From Azolla caroliniana (lineage: Eukaryota; Plantae; Polypodiophyta), in the NCBI GenBank assembly GCA_043228905.1, contig JBHGNT010000007.1, forward strand, positions 11,966,001 through 12,030,000: a DNA stretch of 64,000 nucleotides, read 5' to 3'. The translations under genes were made by a program, and so were the position numbers. Under the pieces are notes generated by a model. That model made no database searches, was not told where the DNA came from, and saw only the letters and a program-made list of their open reading frames with translations. Each line of letters opens with the position of its first letter. Within the stretch, counting starts at the first letter, position 1. Shown one piece after another: positions 49,112 through 61,270 of this stretch.

Positions 49112-51308
49112 CTCTTAAAATCGTCAATACTCGTTGAATTGCCTCTGCTGGATGCATTAGTTCAAAATTGATCGCTGCCTCCCCTGCAACAAGTGCGAGC
49201 AAAAGCGGCCCTCCTGATACAGCTGCATAGCTATAGAACAGAAAAAACTCACCCCTTCTCTCTGAGCTTTCAGCAAGGTGCCCAAAGGTATCAAGTTCAG
49301 AACCCCAGAAAACTCTAGGAAAAAGCATGGCCACCTTGTTTAGCAATCCAAAACCAAGCCTTCGGATCGCATCAAGTTTTCTCTGTGGCAGCTCTGGCTC
49401 AAATTTAATCATCTTCTGCTTCAAAACCCCTAAGGGCACCGTGCATAGAGCCATATCTCCTTCAAAAACTTGATTGGTTGTTATTACCTGTACACCACTA
49501 CTGCCATAGCGAATTGTATGTACCTGTTTCCCGTAGAAGATAGGTATTCCTTCTGCAAGTGCTGAAACCAATCGCACATTACCTCCAGGAAGAAAACAAT
49601 GATCACCCCCCATCTCGTATGGATCATCCTGGTCCCAAAATGCAAGTGAAAGCTCTGAAAGTAGCCCTGCATTTGCATACTCAAGATTTGCAAGGTGCCA
49701 ATCAAACAACTGCCTTTCATCAAGAACTTCTGCAACCCCTGCGTCTTCACGCAAAGTCTCCAGAGTTTGTCCTAATGATATCCCTTCTGCAATCGGTCCC
49801 ATCTGCTCTCTCAATTGGCTAGCTCTATCCAAAAGTTTGTTGAACTGGGACTCAACTTTAGCATCCACATCCACTGCCAAAGGTGACCCATCGGGTTGAT
49901 AAAGGGGACATTTCTCACTTATCTTGTGCAAGGGGATGGAAAGTTGCCTAGCAAGGACACCCAAAGGGTTTCCATGCAATCCAGTTATAACACTACCTCC
50001 AAGATCTGCAGCAGCCACCTGGCCCCCTCCTTCCATTTTCCTGGTGTAAACCCGCCCTCCAGGCCTATTCCTTCCCTCTACAACAGCGACTCGGTGCCCA
50101 AATGCCAATAATTGTCTTGCAGCCGCAAGTCCTGCTAATCCCGCCCCAATGATAACGATTGTGGACTTTGTTCCCTCTTCTGGTATGACTGCTTTCACTG
50201 CTGGTGACACTCCGAAATTGATATAGCCATATGAAAAGAGAAATTTATATGCTGCAGTTACTAGTAACTTATGTTGGCTTCGAATACTTTCCATAACTTG
50301 GGCTTGATCCAACCATGTGTTAACACTCTCTCGCCATCGAGCTAAGATATGGTTTCTTACTTCTATATAATTATCTTGTTCCACATCTCCGATAGTCTGC
50401 ACAACTCCTGCTTCAATCTCTTCTTCTGTTAACGAATCTTTGGGAAAGCCAATGGATGCAGCGATCATCGCTTCTTTTTCTTTGTTTTTATCAAGGTCCA
50501 CTGATTTCTTCTTCTTACCTTTAGCTGGAGAAATCTCTGCACCTAGCTGAGATTGGATCATGACATCCATGAGATTCTCATCATAGCTCAAGGCCCTTGC
50601 CTGTTGCCGAAGGGCTCTCACATTCTTTTTACCGCCTCCTCTGAGCCTCTCCTGTGTTCGTTTTCTTCTCTTCTTTGCGAAGCCATCAGGAACATACTCA
50701 GATACAAGAGTCCTCTTCTTTGCAAAACCCTCTATACTTTTCTTCTTTACAAAGCCCTCAGGGCCATCCTCAGATTCAATACGTTTCATCTTTGCAAGGC
50801 CATCCTCAGATTCTACACATTCTCTTTTCGATGGACCATCTCCAAATTCTACTCTTTCTTTCTTTGAAAGGTCATTCTCGGATTCTAAACTTCTCTTCTC
50901 TGCAAATCCATCCACAGATTCCACACTTTCCTTCGTACCAAATTCATCCTCAGTTTCCAAGCGTTCCTCCTTATTCTCAACTCTATACTCGGATTCCACG
51001 TTTTTATTCTTTTCAAATACATCATCATCGGTGGTAATGTTTTCTTTCATTTCAAATACATCCTCAAATTCGGGTTTCTTATTTGGAAGTCCATCCACGC
51101 AGTCTACAGAGTTCTGCATTGCGATATGAGGAGCTTTTCCCACGGAAACACTACACGAATCTGATGCTCCTGTTTCAGTTATGATAACGGTACTCACAGG
51201 ATTATGCGAGTTGAGAGTATGCTCTGAGACACCACCACCACCACCACCACCACCCTTGTCACTCATGATTCTTTCATCTGCGCCGTCGATGCTTTCACCG
51301 TCTGCCAT
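49112..51308 (-). CDS. FLD: FLD-type lysine-specific histone demethylase (LSD1-like), exon 1
   Basis: SWIRM domain (YIEVRNHILARW..YGYINFG), FAD motif IIGAGLAGLAAARQL, WDQDDPYEMGGDH and catalytic-Lys motif GFGLLNKV. GT donor at 49111. Confidence 0.92.
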
Positions 51309-51424
51309 ACTTTATTCTTACTCTGCCTTTTTTCCTCCCAAGTGGCTGCGCTGCGAGCAGTGTTCAGAAAATAAATAAAAACGATGGGATGGATGGGCAA
51401 GATCGAGAGAAAAACGATATAGAT

Positions 51425-51575
51425 AGGCAAAAGGCAAGGCAAGGCAAGGCAAGGCAAGGCAGTGCAGAAGCAGAAGAAGAAGAAGAAGAAGAAGAAGGCA
51501 GGAAGGCAGGCAGGCCGGCCAACGAAAGTTTTGTTTGATCTGTATAACTTATAAGTTATTAAGTTATTAAGTTTT
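51425..51575. repeat. Simple repeats near the FLD 5' end: (GGCAA)n, (GAA)n, (TAAGTTAT)n
   Basis: Directly visible 120-270 bp upstream of the ATG. Confidence 0.8.
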
Positions 51576-51898
51576 AAGTAGAGTTATAAGAAGGGAGGGG
51601 TAAATTGGCATCATCATGACATGAGTGAAGTAAGTAAGCGCATTGCATTTCTACTACCCTCGTCCCCTCCCCTCCCCTCCCCTCCCCTCCCCTCTTGAAA
51701 TTGTCAAAATGTTCTCTAAAGCCCAAAAGCCAATCAATAATAACTTTGGTGTGTACGATGCAAGAACAAATGTTCATTTGTGTTCATCCTCAGAAGGAAG
51801 AGATGATGGGACCAATGTAAACGAATATCTGATTTTCACGTACAACTTATGAGAGTTAGGGACCCCATAAATGTAACAACATTCACAACTGAATGCAT

Positions 51899-51936
<38 letters not shown>

Positions 51937-52628
51937 GGGAGGGGTAGATCAAGGTTGAGAGTGCAAGGCAAGCAAACTTGAAAGTGAGTTAACGATAGAC
52001 CTTTAAAAATAGAGTTAACGATTTCTCACCTTACTAAATTATTTGGGGTAAGATATATGCATGCATACACATGTATATTATTAGTTAGAATCAAAGATCA
52101 TTAAAAAGAGAGAGTATACCTCATTAAATAAACCCTAAACGCATATCTTGTTTGTTGCATATGTTTTGGATCATTTACATCTTCCACATCATCGATGCAC
52201 TAGGTGACAATGGACATCCTTGCTTAACAAGCAAGGTGTTTCAATGTTCTCAACCATAGGTGTCCCTCCTTCATGCATACATATAAGTATGCATATTCTT
52301 GCATCTCTTCATTCATAAATTAACCTTTGATATCATATTTCTTAGCCTTAAGTTGTCTCTTCTATACATACTAATGTCACTTGGAGCTCAAACAATATTT
52401 ATTTTTCCTTTTCTTGCACTTGAAATTATTGTCTTTTATTTCTCCTCATTATTTCTAGGCTTGGGCCATAGATTCCTCCAAACACAAGTCAGGCCGCACC
52501 ATCCTCCTTCTATATATTGCTAAACATTGGGTATGTCCACATATTCCATCTTTAACTCCTCACACATAGCATTGAAGACAGATTTTGTAATGTAATGCAT
52601 GATTTGACACATCCATTCATAGAGGTGG

Positions 52629-54132
52629 TGTTGAGCGGACAAGCTCAACCGGATCCGAATCGGTGTCCGGAACCAGGAGCCGAATCGGATTGTAATCGGT
52701 AGGCCGTTCGTTAGAGGCCTATGAATCTAGCCTTAAGTCAAGTGAACTTCTCTGACATGCACGATTGGGTGAGGAGTGTCGCCTCCGGTTTCAACAACTC
52801 CTGGTTGCTCCGGCTTTTCCAAAAATGAGAACCACTCTTCATGGCTCGTCATGTGGTTTGATGCTCCGGAGTCAACGTACCACACTTCCTCCGATTCAGA
52901 AATGGTCCTCTTCATCGAGTTCGCCTTGTGCTTCATCACAAAGGTTGGCACTTTTCCGGTCGTACCAATTTTGGATCCTTCTCATCCTTTTGCGTACTGT
53001 GAGATTTGCTAGTTTCCTTTTCCGATTTTACTGGATCTGGATTTATCTGAATTGGAGGGCATCTTCCAACACACACACTCTCTCTCTCTGTGACCCTTCC
53101 GACCACAATACCAACATTCCATTGCGGTCTTCTCTTGCCGGTTTTCAGCGCCGCCTTGACTCCCCCTGCTTGTGGAGGGCCCAGAACTGCTGTCGGCACT
53201 ATCTTCGTGCCTCCGGTTTTGCTCTTGTGTTGCCGGTATTGCGTGCCGAACCACCTCATCCTTCACGCCCACGGGGCCGATCTACCTACGAGTACAACAT
53301 TTGGTTGCCCGATTGAGTGGTGCTCTACCCACTCATGTGGTTTTCTTCGACCATCAGCATCGATTGTAGGTCGAAGAAGGACGATGGTTTCTCCCGTGTG
53401 CAAATCGTCATTCGTATTGGCCCGTACCGTTGTGCTAGACCACCGAGGTAGATCTGGACCATCTTGTCCTCGTCCACCATCTCGTTGATGGAACCGAGCG
53501 CGTCGCAAATCTCCTTTATCTTGGTGGTGTAGTCAATGACCAACATGTTCCATTGCCGGATGCTGTTGAGCTCTTGATGGAGCTACAACTTCCGAGCCAT
53601 GGTGCTTGCGGCGAAAATCTTCCGGAGATTTTCCCAGGCCTCCTTCGGTGATTTTGCATCCAGGACGCGAGGTAGAACAACACCCTATTCACCCCTTACT
53701 CCCATACCGGGAAGTCCTTGTGTGCTGAATTTGGCGATGCTTCATTCGCTCCTTCCACGTAGTTCTAGTATCCATGCCATAACAGGTACTGGTGCATTTT
53801 ATATTACCAACATGCATAGTTGCTCCGGTCGAGCTTTTCTGTTGGAAGCGAGCTCACCATGCTTCTATCCATACCTTCTCTTTTCGGTCTATTCTTTTAC
53901 CGGTGGTTAAGGTTTGTCTTCAGGAAAAAAACACTTATCGGCAGCAAAGGTTCTCAACCCTCGCGCTTTGATACCATGTCAAAGTTAATACGCGAAAGCT
54001 TTGACAAACCGGTTTATCCGGATAGCAACAAAAATAGAGAATGAAGGTTTAATGGAAGTTTAAGAACAAAGAATACACAGGAGAGACAGAGAGAGCAGAA
54101 AGCATAAACTCAATTCAAAATAATAACACTCT
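52629..54132 (-). mobile_element. Rearranged Copia remnant: plus-strand LTR tip (52629-about 52735) joined to minus-strand PR-gag-PBS and partial LTR (53977-54132)
   Basis: TGTTGAGCGGACAAGCTCAAC start, WYVDSGASNH, gag, PBS before 53977. The LTR is cut by a new LTR at 54133. Confidence 0.78.
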
Positions 54133-54183
54133 TGTAAAAACGAAGGTGCGGAAGCTTTAGACAACCGGCTTACCCGAATAGCA

Positions 54184-54239
<56 letters not shown>

Positions 54240-57200
54240 ACACATAGAAGGTACGCAGGAGAGATAGAGAAAGAACAGAACAACTTAAATCTATTATCAA
54301 AAACTCTGTAAAATACTCTATACATACAACATGCTCAACAACACTATTTATACAAGTCCTAAGAGGACTGACAAAAGTACGGTGTACTTCAATGCTCACA
54401 TGAGCTTCTAACACTAACTACGAGACATTAACTACCTAGTAGTCTAGGCTGCTACTAGGCTTTCGGTTACTGCTGGATCCAGCTAACCGGCTCCCCAGCT
54501 CACCGGCTCACCGATCCGGCTCATCCTTCCGGATGCTGATCCGGCTCAGGCTTATTCAGCAGATCCGGATCCGATTGAGCTTGCCACTCAACACTCCCCC
54601 TCAAGCTCAACTTGAGGTCGGATCGTAGTGTCAGTCTCCATGGCAGCCGGTCCTTCCACTCGGCTCCTTCTGGCATCACTTCGCCTCGCTCGCACTCCAC
54701 GTCCGGTCCGGTCCCATTTGTCGCGACCCTTCTGATTCTGCGCACATCGACCTCCTCGGTCGGCTTGTTTGCTCAACAGGCCCAATTCAGCTCCCTCGCT
54801 GTTGTGACTTCGATGCTTGCCGATTCGCCGATTCCTTTGTGTTGGCGTCGACTTTCGCTGCCTTCTCGTCCTCTTGGCCTTGAATTGATCCGGTTCTTCC
54901 GAATCCGTCTGTTGAACTAAATCGAATATCTCCGATTCGTTCCAGCTCTTGTCCGAATCGGTTGCTCCCGATTCGTCTTCCGGTTCCAGGCCCTTCACCA
55001 CATCGGACCATGTCCGGGTCTTGGCCTTCTCCTTCTGGTTGGCTCTGTCCTTCTTGACTCTGCCACCGTTGCCGCTTGTTCGGACTTGTTCAGATGTGTC
55101 AACTTCCTTTGTCGACTCGGCTCCTTTCTTCTTCTTGTTTCTCCCTTTGTCGGTTCTTCCCTCACCAACGCAATCGACAATTTCTTTGCCTTTGCCCGTT
55201 CCGGTGTCTTTGCCCGTTCTCCCCCTCAAGTGTGGCACATTGAGATGCTGAACACCAAGCATTTCGGTGAAGTGCTGCAACTTATCCAATGCGAGTGGTT
55301 TGGTGAAGATGTCGGCAACTTGCCGATCCGTATGAACATACTGAAGTTCGACTTCGCCGGTTAGGACACGCTCACGCACGAAGTGGTAGTGCACTTTGAT
55401 GTGCTTTGTGCGAGCATGGAATACGAGGTTCTTGGCGAGCTGCATGCTGCTGATGTTGTCGCAGTAGATCAGGATCGGGGTCGGCACCTCGATCCGCAGG
55501 TCTTGTAGTAGTCGCCAAAGCCAAATGGCTTCATAGGTGGCAATGGTAGCGCCCTTGTATTAAGCCTCAGTGCTAGAAAGGGCCATTATTGGCTGCTTTT
55601 TGTTACTCCATGCAACAGCCACGCTACCAAGGGAAAACATATAGGTGGAATGGATTGGCGATTTGATGCATCGCCGACTCAATTGGCATCGGTGTAGCCG
55701 ACTAGCCCTTCGGTTATACCATGCCGGTATAACAGTCCCCGGTCCTTCGTGGTGCTCCACGGTCGGCTTCTGCATATATTGGCTGGTCACGCCGACCGGA
55801 TAATTGATGTCGGGTCGGGTGATTGTCAAAGATATAAGGCTTCTGACGATTGGTCGGAACCGCTTCTCATCGCAGGCTGGTCCGGAGTTGGGACAGAGCT
55901 TCTGGTTCCGGTTCAGGGGTGTGGAGATCGGTCGGCATTCCGTCATGCCGAACTTGTACAACATATTCAACACATAGTGTCTTTGTGAGAGCAATATGCA
56001 TCGGGGGTTCGGATCACCTCAATCCCAAGGAAATAGTGAAGGTCCCTCAGGTCCTTCATCTCAAATGCATCCGACAAATGGGACTTGACTCGGCTGATTT
56101 CATTGAGTCTAGGTCCGGTGATGACTAGATCATCAACATACAGTAAGATGCAAATCGGACTGTTGAGACCTTGCCGGCTGAACAACGAAGAGTCGAACTT
56201 GGAGGCCACAAACCCCATCATACGCAACCGGTGCGTGATACTCGCAATCCATGCTCGGGGGGCTTGCTTTAGGCCATAAAGTGACTTCTTCAGCCAACAT
56301 ATCGCCGACTTGTTCATCTCTGACTGGAAACCGAGGGATTGGATCATAAAGACCTTTTCTTCAAGATCACCTTGAATAAATGCATTCTTCACGTCCATCT
56401 CGTGAAGATGCCACCCCCTTGCCATTGCAACCGCCAGCACCACACGAACCGTCGTCATCTTCGCTACCGAAGTGCAGGTCTCGTCGTAATCGATTCCGTG
56501 GGTTTGCGCGTATCCCTTCGCCACTAACCGGGCCTTGTACTAGTTAATTGAACCGTCGGCATTGTACTTTACCTTGTACACCCACTTACATCCGATCGGT
56601 TTACAGTGTCGGGGAGGGTCTAGGTCCCATGTGTCGTTGGCATCAAGTGCTCGCATTTCTTCCTCCATAGCGGCACGCCAATTTGCGTCCTTTGCCTCTT
56701 CTACGTAGCTCTCCAGCTCACGCACTTCTGCCACCTTGGTCATGTACGCATAGTGATGCGCCATGTACTCATTGTACCCGTACCGCTTCACAGGGTTCTT
56801 CTGGCGAGAAGACCGGCATAATCTATCGTTACCCAGTTTGAGGCCCTTCTTGGCCGGTTCGGACTTTGTTCTTGAAGATCCACCGTCATCCTTTCCGAAG
56901 TCGGATTTGCTCCAATCCGACTCAACGTTGCCGGTTTCGTATTCTGACATCTTTTTCTTTCCCTTCTCTTTACGCGTGAACCGTCTCCTCGGTTCCTTGC
57001 GCGGGGAGAGCACGACAGAGTCTCCACTACTCACCGGTTCCTCATCCGACTAGTCATCCTGACTCAGCCGCTCGTTCGGCCCGTTCAACCGAAACGATTC
57101 CGGACTCACATCTAGAGTCTCGAACCCTTCGTCTTCTAACTGGACCGGTTCAGGCTCACTAGTCTCATCCTTCGGTATCGAGTCGGGGTTGGAAGTCAGA

Positions 57201-60200
57201 GTCGGTAAGGCATACCATGATGCCGTCTCATCAAACTGAACATCCCGGCTTACTCGGACCTGCTTCGTCCGGGGGTTATAACACTTATACCCCTTTTGCT
57301 CATGCGAGTAACCAATTAGGATGCATTTCTCCGACTTTGCATCCAACTTCCTCCGCTTCTCATCTGGCACATGCACATATGCAATGCTACCGAATATCCG
57401 AAGGTGTCTCAAATTCGGTTTGCGCCTGAAATATAGCTCATGCGCGGACACCTTGTCACCGATCCGGTTTTGGATATAGACGACCGTCCAGACCTCCTCA
57501 ACCCAGTAGACTTTGGGCATGCTCTTCTCCTCCAGCATCGCCCTTGCCACGTCGATAATCGATCGGTTCTTCCTCACGGCCACACCGTTTTGCTCCGGTG
57601 TGTATTTGCAGCTGAACTCTCTCCGAATTCCTTTTGGCTGCAGATTAGTGTTGAATTGACCGGAAAAATATTCTTTTCCGCCATCCAACCGCAGACACTT
57701 GATCTTCCTCTCCATTTCCTGTTCAACCAGGCTTTGCAGGTTCCGGAAACACTTGAAGACTTCGCTCTTCTGCTCAATGAGGTAGATCCATGTGTGCCCG
57801 TTGTAGTCGTCGATGAAGGAGACGAAATACCGACTCCCGCCAAGACTAACATTCTGCGTAGCTCTTCGGCTCACACACTTCCACCACCTTGGTCATGTAC
57901 GCATAGTGATGCGTCATGTATTCATTGTACCCGTACCACTTCACGGGGTTCTTTTGGTGGGAAGACCGGCATAACATATCATTACCCGGTTTGAGGCCCT
58001 TCTTGTCCGGTTCGGACTTCATTCTCAAAGATCCATCGTCATCCTTTCCGAAGTCGGATTCGCTCCGATTTGACTCAACATTGTTGGTTTCGTATTCCGA
58101 CATCTTCTTCTTCCCCTTCTCTTTACCCGTGAACCATCTCCTCGGTTCCTTGCGCGGGGAGAGCATGACAAAGTCTCCACTACTCGCCGGTTCCTCATCC
58201 GATTGGTCATCCCGACTTAGCCGCTCATTCGGCCCGCTCAACCGAAACGATTCCGGACTCACATCTAGAGTCTCGAACCCTTCGTCTTCTAACTAGACCG
58301 TTTCAGGCTCACTAGCCTCATCCTCCGGTATCGGGTCGGGGTCGGAAGTCGGAGCCGGTAACGCATACCATGATGCTGTCTCATCAAACTCAACATCCCA
58401 GCTTACTCGGACCTGCTTCATCCGGGGGTTATAACACTTATACCCCTTTTGCTCATGCAAGTAACCGATCAGGATGCATTTCTCCGACTTTGCATCCAAC
58501 TTCCTCCGCTTCTCATCTGGCACATGCACATATGCAATGCTACCGAATATCCGAAGGTGTCTCAAATTCGGTTTGCGCCCGAAATATAGCTCATGCGCGG
58601 ACACCTTGTCACCGATCCGGTTTTGGATATAGACGACCGTCCGGACCTCCTCAGCCCAGTAGAATTTGGGAATGCTCTTCTCCTCCAGCATCGCCCTTGC
58701 CGCGTCGATAATTGACCGGTTCTTCCTAACGGCCACACCGTTTTGCTCCAGTGTGTATCTGCAGCTGAACTCTCTCTGAATTCCTTTTTGCTGCAGATAA
58801 GTGTTGAATTGGCCGGAAAAATATTCTTTTCCGCCATCCAACCACATGCACTTGATCTTCCTCTCCGTTTCCCGTTCAACCAAGCTTTGTAGGTTTCGGA
58901 AACACTCGAAGACTTCGCTCTTCCGTTCAATGAGGTAGATCCATGTGTGTCGGCTGTAGTCGTCAATGAAGGAGACGAAGTATCGACTCCCGCCAAGACT
59001 AATGTTCCTGTGCCGGTCCCCATACATCCGAATGAATAAGGTCGAGCTTGTTACAGCTACGGTTTCATTCGGTGGGGAATGGAATCCAGTGTTGCTTCCT
59101 GAGTTGGCAGGCTTCACATATTTGGGCCTTTCGGCCACTGAACTTCGTCAAAACGAAAACAACTTGTTTTGTTTATACTTGAAGCTTCCGGTAATTGACG
59201 TGGCCGATCTGCTTGTGGTAGAGATCAATATCTAATTCAATCTTCTGTCCTTTGGCGAACAAAGTGGTGCCGACGTCATTGGTGTCGAGGATGAACATTG
59301 TCCCATCTTTGCACCTTTGCGTAATAATCTGGCCCTGTTCCTCGATGAAGGACCCAAGGTGCGTAAACCACACCTGCATCCCCTGGTCAACGATCTAACC
59401 GACTGACACCAAGTTCTTCGTGATAGTCGGAACGTGTAATACATTCATCAGCTTCCCCCTCTGTCCGACGTTGCTCAAAGGGACTTCTCCGACATGCACG
59501 ATTGGGTGAGGAGTGTCGTCTCCGGTTTCGACAACTCCCGATTGTTCCAATTTCTCCAAGAAAGAGAACCACTCTTTGTGGCTCGTCATGTGATTCGACG
59601 CACCGGAATCAACGTACCACACTTCCTCCAATTTGGAAGTGGTCTTCTTGATCGAGTTAGCCTCATGTTTCATCACCAAGGTTGGCTTGGCCCTTTACCG
59701 GCTTTTCCGGTTTTGGATCCTCCCGATCCTTCTGCGTAGTGCGAGTATTGCAGGTTCTCTCTGCCGCCCTTGCCGGATCCAGATCTGTCCGAATCGGCGT
59801 GCTTCTTCTAGCACTCGCTTTACTTGTGGCCCTTTTTGCCACAGTACCAACATTCTGTGTCGGCCTTTGCTTGCCGGCCTCCGGCGCCGCCTTGACTCCC
59901 CCTGCTTGTGGAGCGTCCGGAACCGCTGTCGGCACGTTCTCTGTGCCTTCGGTCCTGCTCTTGCCGGCCGGTACCATTGTGAGCCGACCTGCCTCATCCA
60001 CCATGCACACTGGGCCGATCCGCCTCCGTGTACAACATCTGGTTGTCGGTGGGTGCAATAGTGGACACACCAGCGTGGTTGTCCTCTAGAAGGAGCATCG
60101 ACCTTGTACATACCACCGTATTCTCCCTTGTAATACTGCCGTTCGGAATGCTCTGAACTTAGATGTTAGGCCCCCAAGACAGATCTGCACCATCTCATCT

Positions 60201-60710
60201 TCCTCTATAGTGACGTTGATAGAGGCAAGTGAGTCATAGATCTCTTTGATTTGGGCCATATAATCGGCTACCGACATGTCCTTTTGTCGGACATTGCTCA
60301 ACTCATGTCGGAGTTGCAGCTTCCGGGCCGTAGTGATTGCCACAAAAACCTTCTTCAGGTTTCCCCAAACTTCTTTTGGCGTCTTGGCATCTTGGACATG
60401 GCTCAGTAGCTGGTCTCCGACATTGGACGCAAAGCAGTACATCACTCTACTTGCCGCTTGTTCCCAGACTGGGAAGTCCTTGTGTGCCGCATTAGGTGCT
60501 GTGTCGTTAGCTCCGCCGACATAGCTCCAGTAACCATGCCCAAGCAGGTACTAATGAATCTTGTATGACCAAGATGCGTAGTTGGATCTGTCAAGCTTCT
60601 CCACCGGGATCGAGCTAGCCATTCCTCTATCCATCACTTATCTTTTTGTTCTAACCGGGTCTTAGGGATGCTGATGTCGGCTGTAGAGGTTCTCAACCCT
60701 TGTGCTCTGA
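54133..60710 (-). mobile_element. Copia (family B-like, D) with internal 1.15-kb tandem duplication, 5' LTR lost
   Basis: 3' LTR 54133-54593 and PPT, then RH, RT, two integrase copies (57050-57874 and 58293-59138), PR and gag to about 60634. PBS is truncated at about 60710. Confidence 0.9.
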
Positions 60711-61270
60711 AAATGAGATGGTGCAGGTTTGTCTCGGGGGCCTGGTGTCAAAGTTCGGAGCATTCCGGACGATGGTCTGTACAAGGGAGAATACACTCTC
60801 GTTTTTCAACTTACAGTCGATGCTCCTAATAGAGGAGAACCATGTGGGTGCGTCAACGAGTATGCACACCGACGACATGATGTTGGACACGGAGGTGGAT
60901 CAGCCCCGTGGTCATGGCAGATGAGGTGGATCGGAACGCGGTGGAAGAGACCGACAAGAGCAATATCAGAGGCACAATTATGGTGCCAACAACAGTTCTG
61001 GACCCTCCAGAAGCAAGGGGAGTCAAAGCGACGCCAAAAACTAGCAAGAGAAGACTGCAATGGAATGTTGGTATTGTGGCTAGAAGGGCCATAGAGAGAG
61101 CGAGTGTTGGAAAAAGCACGCCAATTCAGACAGTTCTAGATCCAACAAGGTCGGACAGGGAAGCCGACAAAGCTCACACTATGTGGAAGGACTAGAAGGA
61201 TCTGGTTCCGGAAATGAATCGGGCCCAGCCTTTGTGATGAAATACAAGGCTAACTCGGTGAAGACCTCGT
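60711..61270 (+). pseudogene. Copia gag 3' fragment
   Basis: EMVQVCLGGLVSKFGAFRT and CWYCG..GH..SEC. Confidence 0.78.

Noticed and set aside
48203-51308. Two separate genes (763 aa and 276 aa ORFs)
   Set aside because: An 85-bp GT-AG intron joins them into one continuous amine-oxidase domain.
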